Assembly (NCBI GenBank): GCA_903938735.1
Contig: CAJAEK010000130.1
Coordinates: forward strand, 1-50,426
Direction: 5' to 3'
DNA: 50,426 bases
DNA from: an uncultured Actinomycetes bacterium
Lineage (GTDB): Bacteria; Actinomycetota; Actinomycetes; Nanopelagicales; Nanopelagicaceae
Shown: piece after piece, positions 28,835-41,082 of the stretch
Position numbering within the stretch: the stretch's first letter is position 1
Layout: every line of letters begins with the position of its first letter
Made by a program: the position numbers and the translations under genes
The notes under the pieces: model-generated
What the model was told of the DNA's origin: nothing
What the model saw: only the letters and a program-made list of their open reading frames with translations
Database searches by the model: none

Positions 28835-30382
28835 ATGGCGATCAAGCTCAGCGGTGCCGCGCTAACAAAGCTTGATAAGAGCTCGACCGTCTACGCAGAT
28901 TTGGCGGCAATTGCGCCACGTCTGGCCACAAAGGATCACGCCTTGTGGGGTTCAGAAGCAGAGGCAGAAGCACGTATCCGCTTGAACTGGATTGACTTGC
29001 CTACATCTTCGCGCGACCTGCTCCCCGAGCTCGATGCGCTTTCCGCGTGGGCTCGTTCAACCAATCTGAACAACATTATCTTGGCGGGAATGGGTGGCTC
29101 CTCGCTCGCCCCTGAAGTTATCTCCAAGACCTATCGCAAGTCGCTCACTGTTTTGGACTCCACCGATCCGGCACAGATTGCGGCTGCCATTCCATCTGAC
29201 TTCACGAATACCGTAATCGTGGTTGGCTCAAAGTCGGGTTCAACGATTGAAACTGCTTCGCAGCGAGCGTTGTTTACAGAGCTCATCGCCGCAGCTGGTT
29301 TAAATCCAGTGGATCACATTGTTGTGGTTACCGACCCGGGTTCACCGCTGGATAAGGATGCGCGTGCCGGTGGATTCCGTGTTATCAACGCTGATCCAAA
29401 CGTTGGTGGGCGTTACAGCGCACTCTCGGCCTTTGGTCTTGTTCCCGCGGTATTAATGGGTGTCGATCCATCACTGCTCATCGATGATGCCGCAGCGGTT
29501 GCGCCCTCGTTTATAGCCCCCGACTCCCCCGCGGTTGCGGCTGCCACAATACTTTTTGAACAAACGACTCAGAACATCGCTTTCTGCGACGAAGGAAGTT
29601 CGGTTCCGGGTTTATCCGATTGGATCGAACAGCTCATCGCAGAATCAACCGGCAAGAATCAGGTCGGTCGCTTACCGATTGTTACTGAAAGCGCCTCTGC
29701 ACCAATCGCAGGACCTGCCATCTCAGTTGCCTTCGCTGGAACACAGGCAGATCTCATCGTCGAGGGCACCTTGGGCGAGCAATTCATTTTCTGGGAATAC
29801 GTGACGGCACTGATTGGTCGCGCTCTTAAGGTTGATCCCTTTAATCAGCCGAACGTCACTGAAGCAAAAGACCGTACCGGCGCGTTGTTGGCGCAATGGA
29901 ATGGCGTCGTTCAATCGCCAACCCCTTCGCTGGAGACGGAGAGCATCGCGTTCTACGGAACCACTGCCGGTTCAACGCCAGTAGAGATGCTTCGCAATTT
30001 CTTTGCAGATCCAACCCACTATGTCGCCGTCATGGCTTACCTGCATCGCGGCAAAGATGATGCAGTCACAGAGGCCCGCGAAATTATCGCTCGACACACC
30101 GAACGTGGTGTGACCTTTGGTTGGGGTCCACGCTTCTTGCATTCAACTGGCCAATTTCACAAGGGCGGCCAACACAATGGCGCCTTCTTGCAGATTACCG
30201 GCGAATCAACGAAGGACCTGGCGATCCCCGGCAAAGAGTTCACTTTCCATACGCTGCTGATGGCACAAGCTCTTGGCGATGCCGAAGCGCTCGGTAGCCG
30301 AAACTTCCCACAATTGCGGGTTCATCTAAAGAACCGTGACAAGGGAATTACTGAACTGCTGAACGCACTAAAAGCACTGTAG
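28835..30382 (+). CDS. pgi: Glucose-6-phosphate isomerase (actinobacterial tal-linked type)
   Basis: GMGGSSLAPE, SKSGSTIET, VGGRYSAL, QLIAESTGK, DPFNQPNVTEAK, GPRFLHSTGQFHKGG. Confidence 0.93.
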   Translation: MAIKLSGAALTKLDKSSTVYADLAAIAPRLATKDHALWGSEAEAEARIRLNWIDLPTSSRDLLPELDALSAWARSTNLNNIILAGMGGSSLAPEVISKTYRKSLTVLDSTDPAQIAAAIPSDFTNTVIVVGSKSGSTIETASQRALFTELIAAAGLNPVDHIVVVTDPGSPLDKDARAGGFRVINADPNVGGRYSALSAFGLVPAVLMGVDPSLLIDDAAAVAPSFIAPDSPAVAAATILFEQTTQNIAFCDEGSSVPGLSDWIEQLIAESTGKNQVGRLPIVTESASAPIAGPAISVAFAGTQADLIVEGTLGEQFIFWEYVTALIGRALKVDPFNQPNVTEAKDRTGALLAQWNGVVQSPTPSLETESIAFYGTTAGSTPVEMLRNFFADPTHYVAVMAYLHRGKDDAVTEAREIIARHTERGVTFGWGPRFLHSTGQFHKGGQHNGAFLQITGESTKDLAIPGKEFTFHTLLMAQALGDAEALGSRNFPQLRVHLKNRDKGITELLNALKAL

Positions 30383-30426
30383 TTATTTAACTAATATTTG
30401 AGCGGAAAGCGGCGAACGAAATTTAG

Positions 30427-30765
30427 TTATTCGTCCTCGCCGCGGAGCACAGCAAGTGCGTCGGCAAGAATCTTTGCTGCCTCTGCCTCGGTACGGCGTT
30501 CCTTAACGTATGCAAGGTGAGTCTTATATGGCTCGTTCTTAACCGGGCGAGGTGGCTTATCTTTATTGCGACCTGCTGGGTATCCGCATCGTGGGCAATC
30601 CCATTCGTCCGGAATTGCAACGGTGCCATCTTCGGCAAATGAAGGTGTGGTTTCGTGGCCGTTGGCGCACCAGTATGAAACTCGGAACCGAGCAATGGCC
30701 TCGCCACGCTCCGCCTCGCCCATAGGGCCGGCGCCGACACGACTTCCGCGGATTGCACTACCCAT
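30427..30765 (-). CDS. rbpA: RNA polymerase-binding protein RbpA
   Basis: IRGSRVG, YWCANGH, WDCPRCG, KTHLAYVKERRT; downstream of secG as in other Actinobacteria. Confidence 0.93.
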   Translation of the reverse strand: MGSAIRGSRVGAGPMGEAERGEAIARFRVSYWCANGHETTPSFAEDGTVAIPDEWDCPRCGYPAGRNKDKPPRPVKNEPYKTHLAYVKERRTEAEAAKILADALAVLRGEDE

Positions 30766-30777
30766 AAGTCGAGCTCC

Positions 30778-31008
30778 TTACTTCTTAAGAACTAAAGACA
30801 AAGCAACGACGCTGGCAAACCAAAGTCCGCCAACAACAACCGTGATGCGATCCAGGTTGCGTTCTACGACCGAGGAGCCACCGTAGTTGGATGAGATTCC
30901 CCCACCAAATAGGTCAGAGAGGCCGCTGCCCTTGCCCTTATGCAAGAGAACCAAAAGAATCATCAGGATGCTGGTGATAATCAAAATGATAGAAAGTGCC
31001 AAGACCAC
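30778..31008 (-). CDS. secG: Preprotein translocase subunit SecG
   Basis: LLHKGKGSGLSDLFGGG, ERNLDRIT, two TMs. Confidence 0.96.
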   Translation of the reverse strand: MVLALSIILIITSILMILLVLLHKGKGSGLSDLFGGGISSNYGGSSVVERNLDRITVVVGGLWFASVVALSLVLKK

Positions 31009-31081
31009 AAACGAGCTCCTTTTAGACGGCTAACAGATACGAGCGAGGTAAAGCGCCCAGGGGGTAAGAATAGCGGTTTTC

Positions 31082-31861
31082 TTAGGCGGTTACTGAGCGG
31101 TGGAAGCGTGCGATTCGAGCGAATTCCTCGGGATCTAGGCTCGCCCCGCCGACTAATGCGCCATCGACATCTTCTTGCTTCATGATTTCGACGATATTCG
31201 CAGACTTCACTGAACCGCCGTAAAGAATTCGGGCGGCTTCTGCAATCTCTTCGCTGCCAATCTTGACGAGCTCTGCTCGAATTGCCGCGCAGACTTCCTG
31301 GGCATCCTCTGGCGTTGCAGTCTTGCCAGTACCAATTGCCCAAACTGGCTCGTACGCAAAAACAATCTTCTTGAGTTCTGGCTTATGAAAACCTTTCAGC
31401 CCAGCACGTACCTGGTTGAGAACGTGCTCAACGTGGGTGCCCGCTTCACGGATGGCCAGCTCTTCACCGATACAGAAAATGGGCGTCATCTCATTGGCGA
31501 GGACCGCCTTAATCTTCTTATTGACGATTTCATCGCTCTCGTTATGAATCGCGCGACGCTCGGAGTGGCCAACCACAACGAAGGTGCAACCAAGCTTGTT
31601 GAGCATCGAACCTGAAATATCGCCCGTGAAGGCGCCGCTGGCGTCTGGCGAAATATCTTGCGCACCATAGGTAAGGCGAAGGCGATCGCCATCGATCAAA
31701 GTCTGTACTGAGCGGATATCTGTGAATGGCGGCAAGACTGTGACATCAACAGCGTCGTAGTCCTTATCGTCCAACGAATACGAGAGTTTTTGTGTAACCG
31801 CGATCGCCTCAAGGTGGTTGAGGTTCATCTTCCAGTTGCCAGCAATCAGTGGTTTACGCAT
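31082..31861 (-). CDS. tpiA: Triosephosphate isomerase
   Basis: [37 protein letters not shown]. Confidence 0.99.
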   Translation of the reverse strand: MRKPLIAGNWKMNLNHLEAIAVTQKLSYSLDDKDYDAVDVTVLPPFTDIRSVQTLIDGDRLRLTYGAQDISPDASGAFTGDISGSMLNKLGCTFVVVGHSERRAIHNESDEIVNKKIKAVLANEMTPIFCIGEELAIREAGTHVEHVLNQVRAGLKGFHKPELKKIVFAYEPVWAIGTGKTATPEDAQEVCAAIRAELVKIGSEEIAEAARILYGGSVKSANIVEIMKQEDVDGALVGGASLDPEEFARIARFHRSVTA

Positions 31862-31922
31862 ATCGATACCTTACTTGTTGGGTGAGCTATTCCAGGTTTA
31901 ATAGAGAGGCAATAAGTAAAAA

Positions 31923-33122
31923 CTATGACTGCAGCGCGGATATTCCCGGGAGCTCTTTACCCTCGAGATATTCCAGCGAAGCTCCCCCGCCGGTTGAGAT
32001 ATACCCGAAATCTGAGTCCGCGAAGCCGAGTGCTCGAACCGCAGCGGCTGAATCTCCACCGCCGACGACCGAGATTCCCTTAACTTCGGTAAGCGCCTGC
32101 GCGACGACTTTCGTGCCGTTGGCAAAATTAGGAAATTCGAAAACGCCCATTGGCCCGTTCCAAAAGACGGTCTTGCATTCACGAATCGCGGCGGCGAAAG
32201 TAGCGGCAGTAACAGGGCCAATATCCAGTCCCATCTGATCCGCCGGGATTTCTGAGGCAGCGACCGTTGTTGGTGGCGCATCTGCTTTGAACTCTGGCGC
32301 AACCACGATGTCAGTCGGAAGAAGCAATTGCACGCCGATTTTCTCGGCCCGTTCTAATAACTCTTTAACGGTGGGAATTAAATCGGTCTCCACCAAGGAC
32401 TTGCCGATTTCATGCCCTTGCGCGGCGAGAAATGTGAAGAGCATTCCGCCACCGATTGCTAGCACGTTGACCTTGTCGAGCAGATTAGAAATAACGCCAA
32501 TCTTGTCCGAGACCTTTGCGCCACCAAGAACCACTCCATATGGACGTTCTGGATTGGTGGTCAGCTTCTGCAAGACATCGATTTCAGCAGCGACTAAATA
32601 ACCAGCTGCGTGTGGCAGAAGTTTCGCAACGTCATAGACCGAGGCATGCTTACGGTGCACGGCACCGAAACCATCACTGACAAATAGGTCGCCATAGGCC
32701 GCTAATTGCTTCGCAAGTGCGGCGCGTTCCGATTCATCCTTGCTTGTTTCAGCTGCTTCGTAGCGGATGTTTTCTAGTAGCAAAACCTGACCCGGTTGCA
32801 ACTTTTCAACCGCGGCGGATACAGATGCGCCGACAATCTCTTCTGAAAATGCAACTGGCTTTCCTAGCAAATCACCTAACCGATGTGCGACCCGTGCGAG
32901 CGATAGCTCTGGCTTGCGCTCACCTTTAGGGCGGCCCAAGTGCGCCATGATCACAACCGAAGCGCCATTTTCCAAGAGATAGTTAATCGTAGGCAGCGAG
33001 GCACGGATTCGGCCATCGTCGGTGATGATGCCCTCTTTGATCGGCACATTGAGGTCACAACGGAGCAGAACTCTCTTGCCGCTAACGGCGAGAGAGTTCA
33101 ACGCAGGAACAGAATTGGTCAC
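31923..33122 (-). CDS. pgk: Phosphoglycerate kinase
   Basis: [38 protein letters not shown]. Confidence 0.99.
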   Translation of the reverse strand: MTNSVPALNSLAVSGKRVLLRCDLNVPIKEGIITDDGRIRASLPTINYLLENGASVVIMAHLGRPKGERKPELSLARVAHRLGDLLGKPVAFSEEIVGASVSAAVEKLQPGQVLLLENIRYEAAETSKDESERAALAKQLAAYGDLFVSDGFGAVHRKHASVYDVAKLLPHAAGYLVAAEIDVLQKLTTNPERPYGVVLGGAKVSDKIGVISNLLDKVNVLAIGGGMLFTFLAAQGHEIGKSLVETDLIPTVKELLERAEKIGVQLLLPTDIVVAPEFKADAPPTTVAASEIPADQMGLDIGPVTAATFAAAIRECKTVFWNGPMGVFEFPNFANGTKVVAQALTEVKGISVVGGGDSAAAVRALGFADSDFGYISTGGGASLEYLEGKELPGISALQS

Positions 33123-33153
33123 GCTTGTGCTCCGTATCTTGTCGGAAATTAAA

Positions 33154-34167
<1,014 letters not shown>

Positions 34168-34258
34168 TTAAGAGTTTCGGGGGGCCTCACGCTAAAAAAT
34201 GTGGGCTAAGAATCGCCACTTCGTTGTGAGATATTCGTAGCTTATCAGGCGAAGCGGG

Positions 34259-35239
34259 CTACTCCCCGAGTAAATCAGGGCTTAAGCCGGCCTCGGTGTC
34301 CGGAATTCCCAAGTCCTTCGCGCGCTTATCAGCCATCGCCAACAGTCGGCGGATTCGGCCTGCTATCGCGTCTTTCGTCATAGGCGGCGAGGCCAAGGAT
34401 CCCAATTCTTCTAGGCTGGCCTGGCCATGATTGATCCGAAGCTCCCCCGCTTCCCGCAAATGCTCGGGCATCTCGGGCCCCAAAATCTCCATCGCTCGCT
34501 GAACGCGCGCAGATGCCGCGACCGCAGCGCGAGCCGAACGTCGAAGGTTGGCGTCATCGAAATTCGCAAGCCGATTGGCGGTTGCGCGAACTTCGCGCCG
34601 CATTCGTCGCTCCTCCCATGCCAAGACGCTTTCGTGAGCGCCAAGTCGAGTCAAGAGTGCGCCGATTGCATCGCCATCTCGAATCACAACGCGATCAACC
34701 GAACGCACTTCACGAGCTTTAGCGGCTATTCCCAGCCGACGCGCGGCGCCTACTAGTGCAAGTGCGGCTTCAGGTCCCGGGCAAGTAATTTCAAGCGCCG
34801 ATGACCGACCAGGTTCTGTCAAAGATCCATGCGCAAGGAATGCGCCACGCCAAGCAGCTTCAGCATCACAGAGACCAGCAGAGACAACTTGGGGTGGTAA
34901 ACCGCGCACAGGCCGATTGTTTGCATCAATCAATCCAGTTTGTCGAGCAAGCGCATCGCCATCTGACGTCACGCGAACAACGTATCGGCTGCCTTTACGT
35001 AGTCCGCTAGGTGAGAGAACGGCTAGCTCTGATTCGTGACCATAAATTTCGGAGATATCTTTTCGCAACCGGCGGGCTGCTTGAGCGGTATCGAGTTCAA
35101 CCTCCACGCCTATCTTGCCGCCGGCGATATGGAGCCCGCCAGCAAAACGGAGTAGCGCTGAAACTTCAGCCTTGCGGCAACAGGGTTTGGTGACCGAGAG
35201 ACGACTGAGCTCGTCTTTCACTGATGCGGTCATGGCCAT
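34259..35239 (-). CDS. whiA: DNA-binding protein WhiA
   Basis: [44 protein letters not shown]. Confidence 0.97.
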   Translation of the reverse strand: MAMTASVKDELSRLSVTKPCCRKAEVSALLRFAGGLHIAGGKIGVEVELDTAQAARRLRKDISEIYGHESELAVLSPSGLRKGSRYVVRVTSDGDALARQTGLIDANNRPVRGLPPQVVSAGLCDAEAAWRGAFLAHGSLTEPGRSSALEITCPGPEAALALVGAARRLGIAAKAREVRSVDRVVIRDGDAIGALLTRLGAHESVLAWEERRMRREVRATANRLANFDDANLRRSARAAVAASARVQRAMEILGPEMPEHLREAGELRINHGQASLEELGSLASPPMTKDAIAGRIRRLLAMADKRAKDLGIPDTEAGLSPDLLGE

Positions 35240-35359
35240 GCCCGTATCTAAGCAGGGTTGAGCGAAAAATGTACTGAAAATCGGAGGTCAATTTTCTTGG
35301 TGAAATGAACAACTCTCCACTGCTACTCGAGAGTGGGCATTCCTTAGAAAGTGATTGAG

Positions 35360-36244
35360 CTAGAGCTCGCGGCCTAAATCTCGGTCAATCGCATGCGCAC
35401 TTATTCGTTTTCCGCTCTTATGAATTGAACCATTGAGTCGATGTTCGAGTTCGTGTGCAATTGCGACGCTTCGATGCTTTCCACCGGTGCACCCAACCGC
35501 AAGCGTTAAATATTTGCGACCTTCGGCGACAAAACCGGTCGCCATCGTCTCGAAGAGTGCCTGATAGCGCGTGAGGAACTCTTGAACATTGTCGGTCCCT
35601 AACACATTCTCTTTGACCGCTGCATCCAGACCTGTTTGTGGGCGAAGTTCAGGAATCCAATGCGGGTTTGCAATGAAGCGGCAGTCCATGACCAGATCCG
35701 CATCTACTGGGATGCCATATTTGTAACCAAAGGAGAGGACGTTAACCCGCAAATCCGATGGATCGCCATCGTGGAATAACTCGGCAATCTTCTTCTCCAG
35801 CTGGTGAATATTTAGTGCCGATGAGTCGACAACAATGTCGGCGACGGAACGGACCTCTTGCAATCGCTCTCGTTCCTTTGCGATTCCATCAACGATTCGG
35901 TCATTGCCCTGCAACGGATGGGGCCGGCGAGTGGATTCAAAGCGACGCACCAAGACATCATCTGCGGCATCAACGAAGACAACCCGACGAGCAATTCCGC
36001 GCTCAGCCAGCTCGTTAAGTGCACGGTTGAGATCGTCGAAAAATTGTCGACCGCGAACGTCGATGACAACCGCAATCGAGGTAGTGGATTTTGCTGCCAG
36101 CTCGCAGAGCGTGCCCAACATTGCAGGTGGCAAATTGTCGACCACGTACCAACCGAGATCTTCCATCGCGTGCGCTACCGTGGATCGCCCGGCACCGCTC
36201 ATGCCAGTGATCACAACTACTTCGTTGGCTGTGTTCTGGACCAT
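35360..36244 (-). CDS. rapZ: RapZ/YvcJ-family P-loop protein
   Basis: TGMSGAGRS, VDNLP, DVRG, SFGYKYG, GCTGGKHRSV. Confidence 0.96.
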   Translation of the reverse strand: MVQNTANEVVVITGMSGAGRSTVAHAMEDLGWYVVDNLPPAMLGTLCELAAKSTTSIAVVIDVRGRQFFDDLNRALNELAERGIARRVVFVDAADDVLVRRFESTRRPHPLQGNDRIVDGIAKERERLQEVRSVADIVVDSSALNIHQLEKKIAELFHDGDPSDLRVNVLSFGYKYGIPVDADLVMDCRFIANPHWIPELRPQTGLDAAVKENVLGTDNVQEFLTRYQALFETMATGFVAEGRKYLTLAVGCTGGKHRSVAIAHELEHRLNGSIHKSGKRISAHAIDRDLGREL

Positions 36245-36303
36245 GGGTAAAAGATACCGTTTCTTGATGGGTGGCAGGTAGGCAGGTGATTGAAACCCAG
36301 CGA

Positions 36304-38220
36304 TTAGGAGATGATCTCGCCGGTTTCGGTGTTTACGTGCGCATCAAACTGTTGGGCAAGCGCCGTTTCAATCAGCGACGCGGTCTTCTCGCCGATACCC
36401 GGAATGCTCGCAATCTCCGTAACCTCCGCCTTACGCAGTGCCGTGACCGAACCGAATTTTTCCAAGAGCGCTTTCCGGCGGGCCTCGCCTAGCTGAGGAA
36501 TATCGTCGAGCAGCGATTCGAGCATCACCTTGGATCGCTTACTTCTGTGGAAAGTAATCGCAAACCGATGGGCCTCGTCTCGGATGCGTTGAAGCAGATA
36601 CAGCCCCTCGCTGTGGCGAGAGAAGATGATTGGTTCGGAGCTGCCCGGCAACCAGACTTCTTCCAACCGCTTAGCCAATCCGCACAACGCGATGTCAGTA
36701 ATGCCGAGCTCTGCCAAGGCGCGAGCGGCAGCGGTAACTTGTGGTGCGCCACCGTCCACGACAATCAGCTGAGGCGGATAGGCAAATCTCGGTTTCGCTC
36801 CCCCGAGTTCGTCTATTTCTGAAAGTTCTTCTGGGCCAACTTCGCGTTCGGCCAAATACCGCTTTAAGCGACGAGTCAGAACATGATGCATCGCACGGGT
36901 GTCATCGAATCCCGCTTTGTCATCGATGCTAAATCTGCGGTAATCACTCTTCTTTGGTTGGCCATCTTCGAAGACGACCATGGACGCAACCATGGATGTC
37001 CCTTGGATATTTGAGATGTCGAAGCATTCAATTCGGAGCGGAAGTTCATCGAGATCTAGCGCGGTAGCAATCTCCTCAAGCGCTTTGCCGCTGACTGCGG
37101 CGTCGTTCGATCGCTTGCTGAGATATTGGACAAGTGACTCGTGTGCGTTTCTCTGGACCGTCTGCAATAGCTCGAGCTTTTCGCCCCGCTGTGGTTGTCG
37201 AATCTCTACCTTGTGGTCGGCGCGGCCCTTAAGCCACTCCTCCATTGCTTCAAGATTCTCTGGCAAGACATCGACCAAAATTTCGGATGCCGGTTCGGTA
37301 TCAGCATAAATTTTCGGCAAAACCGCATCCATCACGCTCTCGCCTTCAAGCACATCGGCCCGGTCAATGATCCACGAGCGCGAGCCCACAACTCGGCCAT
37401 GGCGAACCGTGAAGAGTGTGACACCCGCGTGGGTAATTTCCTCGTGCGATGCAATTAAGTCAGCTGAGAAATTCTGGCTTAGGAATGTGCCGGCGGTTTG
37501 AGCAGAGCGACGAATCGCACCAATTTGATCGCGGATCTTCGCGGCACGTTCGAACTCCTCGCGCTCCGCCGCCTGCGCCATATCTTGCTCCAACGCGACT
37601 TCAATATCGTTGGGATTGGAATCCAGGAACTTCACCAGCGACTTAGCGAGCTCTTTATGCTCCTCAGGCGTCACTCGTTTAACGCACGGCGCCGCACACT
37701 TTCCGATATCGCCCAACAAGCACGGCCGCCCAGACCGAGCAGCCCGTTGAAGATTCGAATCCGTGCAGCTGCGTATAGGGTAGATTTTTTGAAGCACATC
37801 GAAGGTACTTCGGAGCGCCCATGCATGGGCATACGGGCCAAAATATTTAACGCCGGGAATCTTCTTTGCCCGTGAGATATAAAGCCGAGGGAATTCATCC
37901 TTCAGACTCACGGCCAAATATGGATAGGACTTATCGTCCTTGAACTGAATATTGAACTGTGGATTCTCGGATTTAATCCAGGTGAACTCCAATTGCAGCG
38001 CTTCGACTTCGGTTTTTACAATCGTCCAATCCACCCGCACCGCCGTGTGCACCATGCGATGGGTCTTCTGCAGCAAATTAGAACCGAAATAAGAATTCAA
38101 TCGATTCTTTAAATTCTTCGCCTTGCCGACATAAATGACTCGATCCTTGGCGTCAAAGAAGCGGTAGACACCGGGCTCGGTCGGAATATTCTGCGGGCGA
38201 TAACTTTGTGGATCGGTCAT
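36304..38220 (-). CDS. uvrC: Excinuclease ABC subunit C
   Basis: GIY-YIG (PGVYRF...IYVGKAKNL), IECFDIS, RDEAHRFA, C-terminal HhH. Confidence 0.98.
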   Translation of the reverse strand: MTDPQSYRPQNIPTEPGVYRFFDAKDRVIYVGKAKNLKNRLNSYFGSNLLQKTHRMVHTAVRVDWTIVKTEVEALQLEFTWIKSENPQFNIQFKDDKSYPYLAVSLKDEFPRLYISRAKKIPGVKYFGPYAHAWALRSTFDVLQKIYPIRSCTDSNLQRAARSGRPCLLGDIGKCAAPCVKRVTPEEHKELAKSLVKFLDSNPNDIEVALEQDMAQAAEREEFERAAKIRDQIGAIRRSAQTAGTFLSQNFSADLIASHEEITHAGVTLFTVRHGRVVGSRSWIIDRADVLEGESVMDAVLPKIYADTEPASEILVDVLPENLEAMEEWLKGRADHKVEIRQPQRGEKLELLQTVQRNAHESLVQYLSKRSNDAAVSGKALEEIATALDLDELPLRIECFDISNIQGTSMVASMVVFEDGQPKKSDYRRFSIDDKAGFDDTRAMHHVLTRRLKRYLAEREVGPEELSEIDELGGAKPRFAYPPQLIVVDGGAPQVTAAARALAELGITDIALCGLAKRLEEVWLPGSSEPIIFSRHSEGLYLLQRIRDEAHRFAITFHRSKRSKVMLESLLDDIPQLGEARRKALLEKFGSVTALRKAEVTEIASIPGIGEKTASLIETALAQQFDAHVNTETGEIIS

Positions 38221-38232
38221 GGACGGCGAGCG

Positions 38233-41082
38233 CTACTTTTTTGGCTTGAGAATCTCGGCTAAGAATGTTCCGGTGTAGCTCTTCTTATTCTTCGCTACCT
38301 CCTCAGGAGTTCCCTCAGCGATAACCAATCCGCCGCCGGAACCACCTTCGGGACCCATGTCGATAACCCAGTCTGCTGACTTAATGACATCGAGATTGTG
38401 TTCAATCACAATCACGGTGTTACCGGTCTCGACCAAACGGTCCAATACCAAGAGCAATTTCCGAACATCTTCAAAGTGAAGGCCGGTGGTTGGTTCATCC
38501 AATACGTAGATGGTTCGACCAGTCGAACGCCGCTGGAGCTCTGTTGCGAGCTTCACGCGCTGCGCTTCTCCGCCCGAAAGAGTGGGTGCGGATTGACCGA
38601 GCCGAACGTAACCGAGGCCCACGTCGTTGAGGGTCTTCAAATATCGGGCGATCGCCGGTACCGATTCAAAGAACTCTGCTGCATGTTCAATCGGCATATC
38701 GAGAACTTCGGCGATGGTCTTGCCTTTGTACCGGACTTCGAGCGTTTCCCGGTTGTAGCGAGCCCCATGACAGACCTCGCATGGGACATAGACATCGGGC
38801 AAGAAGTTCATTTCGATCGTGATGGTGCCATCGCCCGAACAATTCTCGCAGCGGCCACCTTTAACGTTAAAGGAGAAACGACCCTGTTGGTAGCCACGAA
38901 TTTTAGCTTCAGCGGTCTCGGCAAAGAGCGCACGGACCTTGTCGAATACACCGGTGTAGGTGGCTGGGTTCGAACGTGGCGTGCGGCCAATCGGCGATTG
39001 GTCAACGTGAACAACCTTGTCGAGATGGTCTAGGCCAGTAATTGTTCGGTGGCGACCCGGAACGATTCGAGCGCCGTTCAATTTGTTGGCAAGTACAGAA
39101 TAAAGAATGTCGTTGACGAGCGTGGACTTGCCAGAACCCGAAACTCCGGTCACCGCAACAAAGGCACCGAGCGGGAAGTTGACGTCAATATTTTGAAGGT
39201 TATTTTCGCGTGCTGCTTTAACACTCAACTGTCGCTTGGGATCGATGGCGCGGCGCTGTGCAGGAATCTCAATCTTGGTACGTCCCGACAAATATGCACC
39301 GGTGATCGAATCCTTGGCGGTAATCAGCGCTTGATAGTCACCGGATGAGACAACCTTTCCACCGTGTTCGCCTGCACCTGGACCAATGTCTACGATCCAG
39401 TCAGCGGTGCGGATGGTGTCTTCATCGTGCTCAACAACAATCAGGGTATTGCCGAGATCGCGAAGTCGGGTCAGCGTCTCGATCAAACGCCGGTTATCCC
39501 GCTGGTGCAAGCCGATGCTTGGCTCATCCAACACATAGAGAACACCCACCAAGCCAGAGCCAATTTGGGTAGCAAGTCGAATACGTTGCGCTTCGCCGCC
39601 AGAGAGAGTTGCTGCAGGGCGCTCGAGCGAGAGGTAATCAAGGCCAACGTCCAGCAAGAATCCGAGTCGGGCGTGGACCTCTTTAAGAACGCGTTCGGCA
39701 ATCTGCTTCTCGCGCGCGTTCAATGAGAGCTTCTTCAAGAATTCTGCGCATTCGGCGATCGAGAGCTGACAGATCTCAGCAATGTTCTTCTCCCCCAGCG
39801 TCACCGCAAGGACTTCTGGCTTTAAGCGAGTTCCTTTACACACCGGGCATGGCGTCTCTCGCATATATGCCTCGTACTTATCGCGGCTGAAATCGCTATC
39901 GGTCTCTGAATGACGACGCTCAATAAAGGAGACCACTCCTTCAAAGCCAGTAGAGTAATTGCGAACTCTTCCATACCGATTCTTATACTTCACGTGAACT
40001 TCATAATCCCAGCCATGCAAGATCGCTTCTTTTACTTTTGCGGTCAGCTTGCTCCACGGCTTATCGAGGGAGAAATTTAGCTCCTTGGCTAGGCCTTCCA
40101 GGATTCTTAGGAAGTACTCCGATGATTGTCCGCCCGACCATGGTGCAATAGCACCTTCGTTAATCGTTGAAGCGTCGTCCGGTATGACCAACTCTTCATC
40201 AACTTCTAATCTCGTTCCGATACCGGTGCACTCTGGGCAAGCGCCGAAAGGCGAATTGAAGGAAAAGGAGCGGGGCTCGAGTTCTTCAAAGGAAAGCCCA
40301 CAATCATGGCAGGCCATATGTTCGCTGTACGTGCGCTCCTTATCCGGATCGCCTTCCTTGGAATCAACAAAATCTAAAATAACGAGCCCATTTGCTAAAC
40401 GAAGCGCGGTCTCGATTGAGTCGGTGAGACGTGATTTGGAATCCGGCTTCACAGTCAGGCGATCGACCACGACTTCGATGGTGTGCTTCTCTTGCTTCTT
40501 GAGCTTAGGAACATCGGCTATTTGATAAACGGTTCCGTCAACACGAACGCGGGCAAATCCCTGCGCGGTGAAATCGGTGAAGAGGTCAAGGAATTCACCT
40601 TTGCGGGCTCGTACGACTGGCGCTAGCACGAGGAATTTAGAGCCTTCCGGCATCTGCAAAATCTGATCCACGATATTTTGTGGCGTCTGCTTTGCAATCG
40701 CTTTTCCGCAATTAGGGCAATGTGGTCGACCGGCACGAGCGAAGAGCAGGCGCAGATAGTCATAGACCTCAGTGATGGTACCAACGGTTGATCGCGGGTT
40801 TCGGTTCGTGGACTTCTGATCAATCGAGACTGCAGGCGAAAGACCTTCGATGAAATCCACATCTGGCTTATCCATCTGACCCAAAAATTGTCGGGCATAA
40901 GCAGAGAGCGACTCGACATATCGGCGTTGACCTTCAGCAAAGATGGTGTCAAAGGCAAGTGAAGACTTGCCGGAACCAGATAGGCCAGTGAATACAACCA
41001 AGGAATTGCGCGGCAGTTCAATCGAGACATTTTTTAGATTGTGCTCGCGCGCACCGCGAACAACCAACTTATCTGCGCTCAT
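38233..41082 (-). CDS. uvrA: Excinuclease ABC subunit A
   Basis: [22 protein letters not shown], zinc fingers, two LSGGEAQR signatures. Confidence 0.99.
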   Translation of the reverse strand: MSADKLVVRGAREHNLKNVSIELPRNSLVVFTGLSGSGKSSLAFDTIFAEGQRRYVESLSAYARQFLGQMDKPDVDFIEGLSPAVSIDQKSTNRNPRSTVGTITEVYDYLRLLFARAGRPHCPNCGKAIAKQTPQNIVDQILQMPEGSKFLVLAPVVRARKGEFLDLFTDFTAQGFARVRVDGTVYQIADVPKLKKQEKHTIEVVVDRLTVKPDSKSRLTDSIETALRLANGLVILDFVDSKEGDPDKERTYSEHMACHDCGLSFEELEPRSFSFNSPFGACPECTGIGTRLEVDEELVIPDDASTINEGAIAPWSGGQSSEYFLRILEGLAKELNFSLDKPWSKLTAKVKEAILHGWDYEVHVKYKNRYGRVRNYSTGFEGVVSFIERRHSETDSDFSRDKYEAYMRETPCPVCKGTRLKPEVLAVTLGEKNIAEICQLSIAECAEFLKKLSLNAREKQIAERVLKEVHARLGFLLDVGLDYLSLERPAATLSGGEAQRIRLATQIGSGLVGVLYVLDEPSIGLHQRDNRRLIETLTRLRDLGNTLIVVEHDEDTIRTADWIVDIGPGAGEHGGKVVSSGDYQALITAKDSITGAYLSGRTKIEIPAQRRAIDPKRQLSVKAARENNLQNIDVNFPLGAFVAVTGVSGSGKSTLVNDILYSVLANKLNGARIVPGRHRTITGLDHLDKVVHVDQSPIGRTPRSNPATYTGVFDKVRALFAETAEAKIRGYQQGRFSFNVKGGRCENCSGDGTITIEMNFLPDVYVPCEVCHGARYNRETLEVRYKGKTIAEVLDMPIEHAAEFFESVPAIARYLKTLNDVGLGYVRLGQSAPTLSGGEAQRVKLATELQRRSTGRTIYVLDEPTTGLHFEDVRKLLLVLDRLVETGNTVIVIEHNLDVIKSADWVIDMGPEGGSGGGLVIAEGTPEEVAKNKKSYTGTFLAEILKPKK

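Noticed and set aside
30383-30429. Imperfect inverted repeat between convergent pgi and rbpA
   Set aside because: The arms are AT-only with a long loop, too weak to call a terminator.
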